A stretch of DNA of 64,000 nucleotides, taken from NCBI GenBank assembly GCA_963643985.1, contig CAVINP010000001.1, positions 34 to 64,033 of the forward strand, in the 5' to 3' direction. The notes beneath the pieces were generated by a model. It was not told where the DNA came from, made no database searches, and saw only the letters and a program-made list of their open reading frames with translations. This DNA comes from a bacterium. GTDB lineage: Bacteria; Bacillota; Clostridia; Christensenellales; Aristaeellaceae. The number at the start of each line of letters is the position of its first letter. The stretch's first letter is position 1. The position numbers were made by a program, and so were the translations under genes. Positions 55,323 to 63,759 of this stretch are shown here, one piece after another.

Positions 55323-55993
55323 TTGCCCACCTCCAGAGAATAGCCCACGCCGCGGCGGGAGCGTATCGTGACCGTCGAGCCGATCTTCGTCAGCTTCTTT
55401 CTCAAATAGGAAATGTAAACCCAGACCGAGCCTTCCTCGGCATCGGAATCCATGCCCCAGATGCGCTCCAGCAGTGAACCGGCCGAGAAGCAGATGCCGG
55501 GGTTGAGGGCAAAGAGCTCCATCATGCGGTATTCCAGACTGCTGAGCGGCTCGCTCTGCCCGCCGCAGCGCAGTTCGCTGCGGCTCTGATCCAGTTCGAT
55601 GTCGCCCACGCGCACGACGTCCGGCGTGTAGTTTTCGCGCCGCCTGAGCATCGCCCGCACCCGCGCCAGCAGTTCGCCCATTGCAAAGGGCTTGGGCAGG
55701 TAATCGTCCGCACCCGCGTCCAGACCGCGTATGCGATCCTCCACCTCGGACTTGGCCGTGAGCAGCAGCACCGGTACGCCGCAGCCCGCTGCGCGGATTT
55801 TCCGCAGCGCCTCGATGCCGTCCATTTTCGGCATCATGATGTCCATGATCACGCCGTCATACTGCCCCGTCAGGGCATAGGAGAGCGCATCCGCACCGTT
55901 GTACACCGCATCCACGCTGTATTTGTGATAAGTGAGTATGTCCACAACCGCCTCGGACATGGCGATTTCATCTTCCGCAAGCAACAGCTTCAT
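55319..55993 (-). CDS. OmpR-family response regulator
   Basis: MKLLLAEDE...VIMDIMMPKMDG receiver. Winged-helix ...VWVYISYLRKKL...GVGYSL. ATGA overlap with the kinase. Confidence 0.9.
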   Translation of the reverse strand: MKLLLAEDEIAMSEAVVDILTYHKYSVDAVYNGADALSYALTGQYDGVIMDIMMPKMDGIEALRKIRAAGCGVPVLLLTAKSEVEDRIRGLDAGADDYLPKPFAMGELLARVRAMLRRRENYTPDVVRVGDIELDQSRSELRCGGQSEPLSSLEYRMMELFALNPGICFSAGSLLERIWGMDSDAEEGSVWVYISYLRKKLTKIGSTVTIRSRRGVGYSLEVGK

Positions 55994-56016
55994 ACAATCA
56001 ATCCTCCACAGGGTAT

Positions 56017-56048
56017 ATCATAAGCCGAAAACCTTAGAAATAGCTTAG
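56017..56048 (-). promoter_or_regulatory. Autoregulatory promoter of the regulator/kinase pair with the same box architecture
   Basis: Minus strand reads CTAAGC-tattt-CTAAGG-ttttcggct-TATGAT. The upstream half-site (56043-56048) overlaps the first 3 nt of MITE copy 2. Confidence 0.55.
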
Positions 56049-56210
56049 AGCGTGTTTCTAAATTCGCCACGATGCATTTTCGGCGTCTTTGCCTGCATTT
56101 CTGCGTTGATTTCCCTTGATTTACCTCCAGTAAACCTGCGGAAAATCGCCTTGAACTGCAAGCAAATCCACTCGAAACTGCACATGTCTCATTTTAGAAA
56201 CACACTCTAG
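56046..56210 (+). mobile_element. MITE-like element, M-type, copy 2
   Basis: Identical base for base to 27080-27244 and in the same orientation. Confidence 0.8.
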
Positions 56211-56267
56211 GGATCGAAAGCATTATAGCATATCGCCGTCCGATTGCAAGTTCGTCCGGGCGAATGC

Positions 56268-56297
56268 TTGACGGATAAGGCCTGTCAATGCTAAAAT
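56268..56297 (+). promoter_or_regulatory. Promoter of the LRR surface-protein gene
   Basis: TTGACG (56268-56273), an 18-nt spacer, then TAAAAT (56292-56297). Confidence 0.55.
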
Positions 56298-56350
56298 AAA
56301 AACAGAAGTATCAATATGCATATGTGATTTCAGGCGGAAGGGCTGCGAAC

Positions 56351-59179
56351 ATGAAAAAATATATGAGCTTTATTATGGTGCTGGCGCTGTTGCTCGGCAG
56401 CGCACCCGCATCCTTGGCCGAGGAGACCGCCGAACCCGAACCGATTGAAGCGGCCGTCATCGAGGAAACGGCAGAGTCTGAGCCAAGCGGGGAGACCGTC
56501 ATCGAAGAGACGGCCGAACCCGAACCGACCGAAGAGACCACCTCCGAGGAAACAGTCGGGTCTGCAACCGAAGAGGATGAAATCGCAATATTGGATGAAA
56601 TGCCGGAAACAGCCGACACCGGCGATGACGATATGGGCCTGGATCACCCGGAAGGCGGCGACCCGCAGGAGGATGGCGACGGCCTCAACTTCAATGCTTC
56701 CACCGGCACCATCACCGGGCACGCGGATGACTGCAGCGGCGCACTCGACATTCCGGATACGATCGACGGCGTGGCCGTCATCAAAATCGGCAGCAGCGCC
56801 TTCGCGGACTGCACATCCCTGACTTCCGTGACGATTCCCGAGGGCGTGACGGAGATCGGCGGCTCTGCATTTAAGGGCTGCACCGCGCTCACGCGCGTGT
56901 CTCTTCCTTCAAGTGTCACCAAAATCGGCAGTTCCGCCTTTGAGGGTTGCACATCCCTGACAAGCATCAGCCTGCCCGCAGGGCTGACGGAGATTGCGGA
57001 GGGCCTGTTCTCGGACTGCTCCGCGCTGGGCAGCATCGGCATTCCGGAAAGCGTCACCCGGATCGGCGCCTATGCCTTCAACGGCTGCGCAAAGCTCTCG
57101 TCGATCGACCTGCCCGAGGGACTCACGTCCGTCGGCAAGTTTGCCTTCTTCAAGTGCGGCAAGCTGACGAACGTCTCCGTCCCACAGGGTGTAAGCACGA
57201 TCACGGACAGCGTCTTTTCCGATTGCACCGCCCTTGCGAAGATCACTTTGCCGGACGGCCTGACCAAAATCGAATGGAACGCCTTTAACGGTTGCAGTAG
57301 CCTTACGAGCATCACCGTTCCGGACGGCGTGAAGGAAATTCTCCAGGGCACTTTCAGGGACTGCACGAGCCTTTCAAGCATCTCTCTGCCGGAGGGGCTG
57401 ACCCAAATCTGCACCCGGGCCTTTATCGGCTGCAGCGCACTGACGCGGCTGGACATTCCGTCCACATTGCAATCTCTGAGCAGCTACAGTTTTTCATCCG
57501 GCACCGCACTGCATTGCACATTGGGCACGACGGGCGCAAAGACGCTGGGCAAGCGCGGCTACGGCTTTTGGGACGGCGGCAACGAATACAGATATGTCTT
57601 TGAAAACGGGAAGGAAAGCGGACTGATACTGCTCTCCTGCGACAAGGATGCGCAAAGCATAACCGTCCCGAGCGAGGTAACGGATATCGATGGGGCGGCC
57701 TTTGACGGCTGCACGAAACTTTGCGAGATCAGCATTTCGGGCAATGATACCCGGTTTGAATCTCTGCCCGAGGGCGCGACAATCCTGTGCGCATACGGTT
57801 CGGATGTTGCCGAACACTGCCTTGAAATCGGCCGGGCGATCGGGTATTTCGACTACGCACCGGTAACGGGCATCTCTTTGAACTTTGCAAGGCTCGATCT
57901 GGGAAAGGGGCAGACCGTCGGCACGCTCAGGGCCACGGTCGAGCCCGAGAACGCCACCGACCGGACGGTTATCTGGACGAGCAGCAACGAGAGTGTGGCC
58001 ATGGTCAACGCCGAGGGCGAAATCACCTGTGTGGCCACGAAGGGCACTGCCGTCATCACTGCCACGGCGGGCGGGTATGCGGCAAGCTGCACCGTCACCG
58101 CACGCAGAAAAGGCGTGACGGGCATTGCCCTGCCTGCCGAAAAGACGGTGGTGCGCGGCAAGACGGCAACGCTCAAGGCCACGCTTTCCGGCAGACCCAC
58201 GATATCGACCGTCACCTGGACAAGCAGCGACCCCGAAGTGGCGACGGTTTCAAAGAAGGGCGTCGTGACGGGCGTATCCGTCGGCGCGGCCGTCATCACC
58301 GCCACGGCCTCAAGCGGCCATCAGACCCGGTGCACGGTGACGGTTGAAAATCAGAAGGTCACAAGGCTCAGACTCAGCTCAACGAGATTGACGATGTATC
58401 ACCACGGCGTATCGCGCCTGAAGGTGAGCATCAGCCCCAAAGATGCCTTCGACAAGGCCGTTCTCTGGGCAAGCAGCAATACGGACGTGGCACGGATCGA
58501 TTCCAACGGGCTGATCGCCGGCATCACGCCGGGCACGGCCACGATCACCTGTACGGCGCTGGACGGCAGCGGCCTCGTCGCCAAGTGCACGGTGACGGTC
58601 AAAAAAGTTGCCGTCAAAAAGATCGGCATAGTGAACGTTTCCGACGGCAAGACGGCCAAAAGCAGGAGCTATAACTATGAAGACAATGCGGGCAAGACCT
58701 TTGAAGTATTCAGGTCTGTCGTCACGCCCTCGAACGCCACCTACCCGGACGTGAGGTGGACAAGCAGCAGGGAAAGCGTTGTTTCCGTAGACGAAGCAAG
58801 CGGCCGGATCACGATAAACGGCATCGGAACGGCCACCGTCAGCTGCATATCCGTCGACAACAGGCATGTGAAGGCGACTTGCAGGATTACGGTGACCAAG
58901 ACGGCGGTCAAGGGGATCAGCGTCACCCGCGGCGGGGCGACGCTCAACTCCAAGACCGTGCTCAATATGAAGAAGAGCGACAGCGACGACACAATCAAGG
59001 TCTCCTTCGAGCCGTCCAACGCCAGCTATCAGGATCTGGTATGGAAGACAAGCAACAAAAGAATTGCAAAAATCGAAAACGGCGTGCTGAAAGCCGTCGG
59101 CAAGGGCACGGCGACCATCACGGTCTATGCCAAGGACAACAGCCGTGCCAAGGTCAGCTTCAAGGTAAAGGTCAGCTGA
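56351..59179 (+). CDS. Large surface protein: signal peptide, acidic repeats, BspA-type leucine-rich repeats, Big_2 Ig-like domains
   Basis: Repeats of the form IP.GVT.IG..AF..C..LTS. in about 23-aa units. At least five Big_2-like modules (...VTWTSSDPEVATVSKKGVVTGVSVGAAVITAT...). No obvious LPXTG motif or C-terminal TM helix. Confidence 0.85.
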   Translation: MKKYMSFIMVLALLLGSAPASLAEETAEPEPIEAAVIEETAESEPSGETVIEETAEPEPTEETTSEETVGSATEEDEIAILDEMPETADTGDDDMGLDHPEGGDPQEDGDGLNFNASTGTITGHADDCSGALDIPDTIDGVAVIKIGSSAFADCTSLTSVTIPEGVTEIGGSAFKGCTALTRVSLPSSVTKIGSSAFEGCTSLTSISLPAGLTEIAEGLFSDCSALGSIGIPESVTRIGAYAFNGCAKLSSIDLPEGLTSVGKFAFFKCGKLTNVSVPQGVSTITDSVFSDCTALAKITLPDGLTKIEWNAFNGCSSLTSITVPDGVKEILQGTFRDCTSLSSISLPEGLTQICTRAFIGCSALTRLDIPSTLQSLSSYSFSSGTALHCTLGTTGAKTLGKRGYGFWDGGNEYRYVFENGKESGLILLSCDKDAQSITVPSEVTDIDGAAFDGCTKLCEISISGNDTRFESLPEGATILCAYGSDVAEHCLEIGRAIGYFDYAPVTGISLNFARLDLGKGQTVGTLRATVEPENATDRTVIWTSSNESVAMVNAEGEITCVATKGTAVITATAGGYAASCTVTARRKGVTGIALPAEKTVVRGKTATLKATLSGRPTISTVTWTSSDPEVATVSKKGVVTGVSVGAAVITATASSGHQTRCTVTVENQKVTRLRLSSTRLTMYHHGVSRLKVSISPKDAFDKAVLWASSNTDVARIDSNGLIAGITPGTATITCTALDGSGLVAKCTVTVKKVAVKKIGIVNVSDGKTAKSRSYNYEDNAGKTFEVFRSVVTPSNATYPDVRWTSSRESVVSVDEASGRITINGIGTATVSCISVDNRHVKATCRITVTKTAVKGISVTRGGATLNSKTVLNMKKSDSDDTIKVSFEPSNASYQDLVWKTSNKRIAKIENGVLKAVGKGTATITVYAKDNSRAKVSFKVKVS

Positions 59180-59209
59180 GCGACGGATCGGTAGGCAGTG
59201 AAACCTTTC

Positions 59210-59238
59210 AACCGGTAACCGATAAACGGTTACCGGTT
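59210..59238. terminator. Perfect 12-bp hairpin between convergent genes
   Basis: AACCGGTAACCG-ATAAA-CGGTTACCGGTT. The 3' arm overlaps the NADAR stop codon. No strong U-tract. Confidence 0.5.
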
Positions 59239-59730
59239 ATTCATTTCCCCGTTTCTCAGCTTCTCCCGCACGATCATCAGCGTATAGCCCAGCAGGTTCC
59301 GGCCGCGCCACTTGGATGTGTCATAGCGGTCGGGGTTGAAGGTGTTCAGGCCGATACCCCAGACGGGATCGGTGCCGGCAAACTCGGCCAGCAGTGCCGT
59401 GCCCGTGCCCAGCAGCTTTTCGCGAAGATCGGCGTTTTGCGCAAACTTCGCCATCAGCCCCTCATAGACCACGATCTGTCGTATGCCGTTCCAGAGGTGG
59501 TCGTTATAGCCGGTCACGCGCCGCCCGGCCGCCTTGATCTTTGCCGGATCGTCGCTCTCCATGATTGTCTTTGCGTTTTCCGTGTCGCCGAAGATGACTG
59601 CCTTTTTGTACATCATGTACTGTTCCATGGATGAAAATTCCACGCCGTCCAGCGTGAAGTGCGACGGGTACCAATTGCTCAGATAGCCGTTCTCATCCCG
59701 CTCAACGTGAAAACCGATAATTTCCCTCAT
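59230..59730 (-). CDS. NADAR (YbiA/DUF1768) family protein
   Basis: ...YLSNWYPSHFTLDGVEFSSMEQYMMYKKA...DPVWGIGL... matches the NADAR family pattern. 166 aa. Confidence 0.8.
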   Translation of the reverse strand: MREIIGFHVERDENGYLSNWYPSHFTLDGVEFSSMEQYMMYKKAVIFGDTENAKTIMESDDPAKIKAAGRRVTGYNDHLWNGIRQIVVYEGLMAKFAQNADLREKLLGTGTALLAEFAGTDPVWGIGLNTFNPDRYDTSKWRGRNLLGYTLMIVREKLRNGEMNNR

Positions 59731-59768
59731 GTCGGTATTCCCCTTTCAATGCAAATCTCATTACATAA

Positions 59769-59797
59769 ATTATAGCATAATTAATCTTATCTGTCAT
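59769..59797 (-). promoter_or_regulatory. Candidate promoter of the NADAR gene
   Basis: Minus strand reads ATGACA, a 17-nt spacer, then TATAAT (59774-59769). Confidence 0.5.
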
Positions 59798-59848
59798 CAC
59801 AAAATATGGGGATTTAGCTCCTGAATTTGGGTTAATCACGAAAATTTG

Positions 59849-59892
59849 GGTTCTTCACGGAAAGTTGGGGGGATTGACCAACCCCACCATCG
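59849..59892. repeat. Partial copy of the GGTTCTTCACGG-family repeat
   Basis: GGTTCTTCACGGAAAGTTGGGGGGATTGACCAACCCCACCA aligns with the reverse complement of the right end of 33031-33159. A related GGTTAATCACGAAAA lies 18 nt upstream. Confidence 0.55.
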
Positions 59893-59932
59893 CCCTTACG
59901 CACCCGCCGCACTGCCGCGAATGAAAATCAAA

Positions 59933-59973
59933 GATGCCGCCGCAGAGCATGATCCTGCGGCAGCATCTTTTTT
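59933..59973. terminator. Terminator downstream of the epimerase gene (bidirectional type)
   Basis: GATGCCGCCGCAG...CTGCGGCAGCATC forms a 13-bp stem with one mismatch. TTTTTT follows on the plus strand and an A-rich run precedes it. Confidence 0.65.
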
Positions 59974-59984
59974 CCTGTTCCGTT

Positions 59985-60860
59985 TTACATTTTCCCGTCA
60001 AACATGTACCGCTCGAAGCGCAGGGCATCTGCCGCATCCTTGTCGAGCTTTTCCTCGGAAAGGTCGTCGTACATATTGTGCCAGATGCGAATGTCGCGTC
60101 CGACTTCGCCGCCCATCTTCACGAACGGCTCCATGCAGACCGTGCCCTCATAGCCGATCTCACGCAGGGCAGCGCCGATTTCCCGCCAGGGCATGCGACC
60201 CTTGCCGGGTACGCGACGGTTGCATTCGCCGGTGTGGAAGTGGCCCAATCTTTTGCCGGCCAGGCGTATTGCGTCCGCCATGTCATCCTCTTCGATGTTC
60301 ATATGGAAGGTATCCAGCATCACGTGCACGTTGTCCTCACCCACTTCGTCCACAAAACGCACGGCCTCCGCACAGGTGTTGAGCAGGTAGCCCTCAAAGC
60401 GGTTGAGCACCTCCAGACAGAAGTGCACGCCGTATTCCTTTGCACGGCGACCCACCTCGCGCACGTTTGCCACGGAACGCGCCCAGTCACCTGCCTTGTC
60501 GATGGGCTTGGTGTAGTCTGCCGGCCAGTAGGAGTACAGACCGCCGCCGATGGTATTGATGCCCAGAATTTCAAAGCGCTTGAACAACTCATAGTAGAAA
60601 CTCTTGGCATTCTGCGCAACCTGCGGATCCGCCGAAGCCATGTTGCGGTCCGCGCTCGGGCCGTAGCCGCCGGTCAGGAAAACGCCGTTGTCGTCCGCAC
60701 ACTTTTTCATGTCGCGCAGCGTCTGAATGGGGAAATCGTTCACCGGCGCACAGCCGATCTCCAGAAAGTCAAAGCCGAGCTTGGCGATTTTTTCGATGTA
60801 GGGAATGTAATCGGCTCCCCACATATCCTCCCAGTAGGCGTAGTAGATGCCGTACTTCAT
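59985..60860 (-). CDS. Ketose 3-epimerase (D-psicose/D-tagatose 3-epimerase family, TIM barrel)
   Basis: MKYGIYYAYWEDMWGADYIPYIEKIAKLGFDFLEI closely recalls the N-terminus of characterised clostridial D-psicose 3-epimerases. GGAGGAG RBS. Confidence 0.85.
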   Translation of the reverse strand: MKYGIYYAYWEDMWGADYIPYIEKIAKLGFDFLEIGCAPVNDFPIQTLRDMKKCADDNGVFLTGGYGPSADRNMASADPQVAQNAKSFYYELFKRFEILGINTIGGGLYSYWPADYTKPIDKAGDWARSVANVREVGRRAKEYGVHFCLEVLNRFEGYLLNTCAEAVRFVDEVGEDNVHVMLDTFHMNIEEDDMADAIRLAGKRLGHFHTGECNRRVPGKGRMPWREIGAALREIGYEGTVCMEPFVKMGGEVGRDIRIWHNMYDDLSEEKLDKDAADALRFERYMFDGKM

Positions 60861-61066
60861 GACAACTCCTCCTTTTTTTGAATTTCTTTGTTGTAATTTC
60901 GGACAACAGTCAAGCACGCAAGGGTTATTGGGGAAATTCGGGAATTTTTCCGCGACAGCTCTGCCCTTGCGGCCTCGCTCATTTTCGCCGCCGTTTCCCG
61001 TTCCGATCTGCCCGGGCCGTTCTCGAAATTGCCCGTATTATAGCTGTTTTTGAAATATCCGGTTTA

Positions 61067-61095
61067 ATTATATCATAAGGGCAGGCGTTTGACAA
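61067..61095 (-). promoter_or_regulatory. Near-consensus promoter about 200 nt upstream of the epimerase start
   Basis: Minus strand reads TTGTCA (61095-61090), a 17-nt spacer, then TATAAT (61072-61067). Confidence 0.6.
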
Positions 61096-61127
61096 GGGAT
61101 CCGCTTATTTCAATTTGGCAAACGGCA

Positions 61128-62441
61128 TCAGAGCTTGTCGCCATCATCAAACGGGTCACCGCATTCGGGACAGAACTTCGGCGGATGGGCGGGATCTTCG
61201 GGACGCCAGCCACACTTGTCGCAGCGGTAAACCGGGGCGCCTGCCGGACGCTTTGCACCGCACTCCGAACAGAACTTGCCCATATTGACTGCACCGCAGA
61301 CACAGGTCCAGCCCTGCGTCTCGGGCTTCTTCGCGCCGCATTCGGGACAGAATTTTCCCGTTGCCGTTGCACCGCAGCTGCACTTCCACGCATTCGCATT
61401 CGCTTGGGGCTGTGACTGCTGAGGCTGCTGCGCACCCATTTGGAAGAGCTGTGCCGCATTCACGCCGCCGCTCTGCTGCGCCATGTTCATGCCCATAAAG
61501 CCCGTAAACGCGCCGGCACTGTTCTTCGCCGCGTCCTGCATGGCCTGCGCCTGTGCGCCCACCAGCTGCGCCGCCGCCATGTTGGCATTGCGGAATACGG
61601 CGTTCTTCTGCAGTTCCTTGATCATCGCCTCGTCTTCCTCGGAGGCCTTGACGGAGTTGATGCCGAAAGACACGATCTCCACGCCGCGCAGATTCGCCCA
61701 CTTCCGGGAGAGCACGTCGTTGAGTGCCTCGGCGATCTCGCTCGTGTGTCCCGGGAGCGCACTGTAGCGAATCCCCATTTCGGAAATCCTGGCAAATGCG
61801 GGCTGCAATGCGGTCAGCAGTTCGCTCTTGAGCTGACTGTCGATCTGTTCGCGGGTATAATCACCTTCAACGTTGCCGCAGACGTTGGTGTAGAAGAGCA
61901 TGGGGTTGGTGATGCGATAGCTGTACTCGCCGAAGCAGCGGATGGAAATATCGACGTCCAGGCCGATGTTGTTGTCCACCACGCGGAAGGGCACGGGGCT
62001 TGGCGTGCCATACTTGTTGCCGATAATCTCCCTGGTGTTGAAGAAGTAGACGCGCCGGTCACGACCGGCCTGACCGCCGAAGGAGAGGCGATCGAAGGTC
62101 GCCTTGAGTATCGCCTTCATTTTTTCGCCGCTGAACGCGCCGTAGAACAGACTCGGCTCACCGCCCAATTGATAGACATATTCGCCCGGCTCGGCGCAGA
62201 AATCCACAATCTTGCCCTGATCCACGATGATCACGCACTGCCCCTCGTTCACGGCAATGACCGAGCCGTCGCTGATGACGTTATCGTCCTCATGGCGACT
62301 GCCGCCGAAGCGTCCCTTCGTTTTTTTCTCGGCCTTGGTCGCCAGAACGTTGTCCGGCAGGGCATCCACATAGAAATATTCTCTCCACTGAGCGGCCAGC
62401 GTGCCGGCCGCGGCATTCAATGCAGCTGAAATCAAACCCAT
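61128..62441 (-). CDS. SPFH-domain (YdjI/COG4260-like) protein with three C-terminal zinc ribbons
   Basis: N-terminal and central region typical of YdjI-like 'virion core protein-like' SPFH proteins. Gln/Ala-rich linker. Three CxxC...CxxC units (WKCSCG..FCPECG, WTCVCG..FCSECG, YRCDKCG..FCPECG). Confidence 0.8.
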   Translation of the reverse strand: MGLISAALNAAAGTLAAQWREYFYVDALPDNVLATKAEKKTKGRFGGSRHEDDNVISDGSVIAVNEGQCVIIVDQGKIVDFCAEPGEYVYQLGGEPSLFYGAFSGEKMKAILKATFDRLSFGGQAGRDRRVYFFNTREIIGNKYGTPSPVPFRVVDNNIGLDVDISIRCFGEYSYRITNPMLFYTNVCGNVEGDYTREQIDSQLKSELLTALQPAFARISEMGIRYSALPGHTSEIAEALNDVLSRKWANLRGVEIVSFGINSVKASEEDEAMIKELQKNAVFRNANMAAAQLVGAQAQAMQDAAKNSAGAFTGFMGMNMAQQSGGVNAAQLFQMGAQQPQQSQPQANANAWKCSCGATATGKFCPECGAKKPETQGWTCVCGAVNMGKFCSECGAKRPAGAPVYRCDKCGWRPEDPAHPPKFCPECGDPFDDGDKL

Positions 62442-62456
62442 ATTGCCATCCTCCCG

Positions 62457-63746
62457 CTATTTCTTTTGCACATTATTCTCAATCTTGCGCTTTGTCTTGC
62501 TCTCATAGAGAAAATGATCGTAATTCATATCCAGATGGAATGAATCCTCGCGGATATAGTTTCCCGCCGAGCTCTGCAGCACGGCCTGCTTGAGCTGACC
62601 CTTGAGCACGCCGACCGTGACCAGGGCTGCAATAAGTGCAATGATAGCGCCCAGCAAAAGCGTACCGCTCCCAAGCGTATCCGTCAAGGCCATGATCAAT
62701 GCGGCGATGGCCATCACACCCGCAAATACGCCGCCGCCCCAGAGTGCGGATTTCTTTTTGTCTGCCGGCACGTCACAGGTGAGCTTGCCCGTCTGACCGT
62801 TGATGGCAAAGGTGTAGGTCTTGCCCTCCTTCACGGTGGTGATCAGCCACACGGGCATCAGCACAGGCGTGACCTTCCCATTCTCGGTAAAGATATGCTT
62901 GTCGCGCAGCGTGACCTGATCGTAGCCGTTCACTGTATTGCGCATGGCGGAAATGACGCTGCTTTCCACGCGCTGTGCGGCGCGCTCTTCGCACGCATCG
63001 CTGTCCACATCCGCATGATCGGCCAAGGCGCCGGCCAGCACGGCCGGTGCAAAAGCCACGGCGGCACCCAAATCGTAGGGCTCAAGCGATTCGGTGATCC
63101 TGTTGTCCAGCTTCACGCTGCCGTCCACGGGAATGTTCTCGAAGCCCATGCCGCCGCGACGCCTTGCCACATAGTGCTCCGTGCGCGTAATCTCCCACTC
63201 GCCCTCGCGTTCGGTGTGCGTCTTTTCGGCATCGTAGATCATATCGGCGCGTGCGTCGCAGTTAAAGAGCCAGTAAGGCACATAAAGCTTGCGCATCTCG
63301 GCAATGCGATTGCGGCTGTTCAGGAAGAGATTGGGCAGCAGGCGTTTGCCCTTGAAATAGTCCCCGAACTGCTGCTGAGCCTGTTCCTTCGTGACTTTAA
63401 ACGGTATCACATATTCGGGTTTCACGCCGCCTTGAATGCGGTCGGGCAGTATTGTCGGGCTGCCGCAGTAGGGACATTCGGTGGCCGTGGTGGTCTCCTC
63501 GGTCATCAACTCCGCGCCGCAGTTCTTGCAAATGTAGGCATGAACGCTCGTCTCGCCGTCCTGAAAGCTGTCCTTCGGCGCTTCAAAGGAAATCGCATCT
63601 CCTGTTTCCGGCATATTCATCATTTCCAGAGACTGCGTGTCATAGCTGTTGCTGCAGGATGCACACTCCAGCTTGCCGGAATCCGCGCCGTAGCTCAGTG
63701 CGCCGCCGCAGCAGGGACAGGTGTATGTGACTGTACTCATGATCAA
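62457..63746 (-). CDS. Zinc-ribbon membrane protein (YdjG-like), two N-terminal zinc ribbons and two C-terminal TM helices
   Basis: YTCPCCGG...CASC and CKNCGA...CPYCG. C-terminal hydrophobic ALWGGGVFAGVMAIAALIMAL and LLLGAIIALIAALVTVGVL. Confidence 0.65.
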   Translation of the reverse strand: MIMSTVTYTCPCCGGALSYGADSGKLECASCSNSYDTQSLEMMNMPETGDAISFEAPKDSFQDGETSVHAYICKNCGAELMTEETTTATECPYCGSPTILPDRIQGGVKPEYVIPFKVTKEQAQQQFGDYFKGKRLLPNLFLNSRNRIAEMRKLYVPYWLFNCDARADMIYDAEKTHTEREGEWEITRTEHYVARRRGGMGFENIPVDGSVKLDNRITESLEPYDLGAAVAFAPAVLAGALADHADVDSDACEERAAQRVESSVISAMRNTVNGYDQVTLRDKHIFTENGKVTPVLMPVWLITTVKEGKTYTFAINGQTGKLTCDVPADKKKSALWGGGVFAGVMAIAALIMALTDTLGSGTLLLGAIIALIAALVTVGVLKGQLKQAVLQSSAGNYIREDSFHLDMNYDHFLYESKTKRKIENNVQKK

Positions 63747-63759
63747 TTCCTCCTAATCT

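Noticed and set aside
27080-56210. The two identical MITE copies as ends of a 29-kb composite transposon or genomic island
   Set aside because: No transposase, integrase or recombinase lies between them. The interval contains housekeeping gltX and core carbohydrate genes on both strands. The copies are direct rather than inverted. Independent insertions are more parsimonious.
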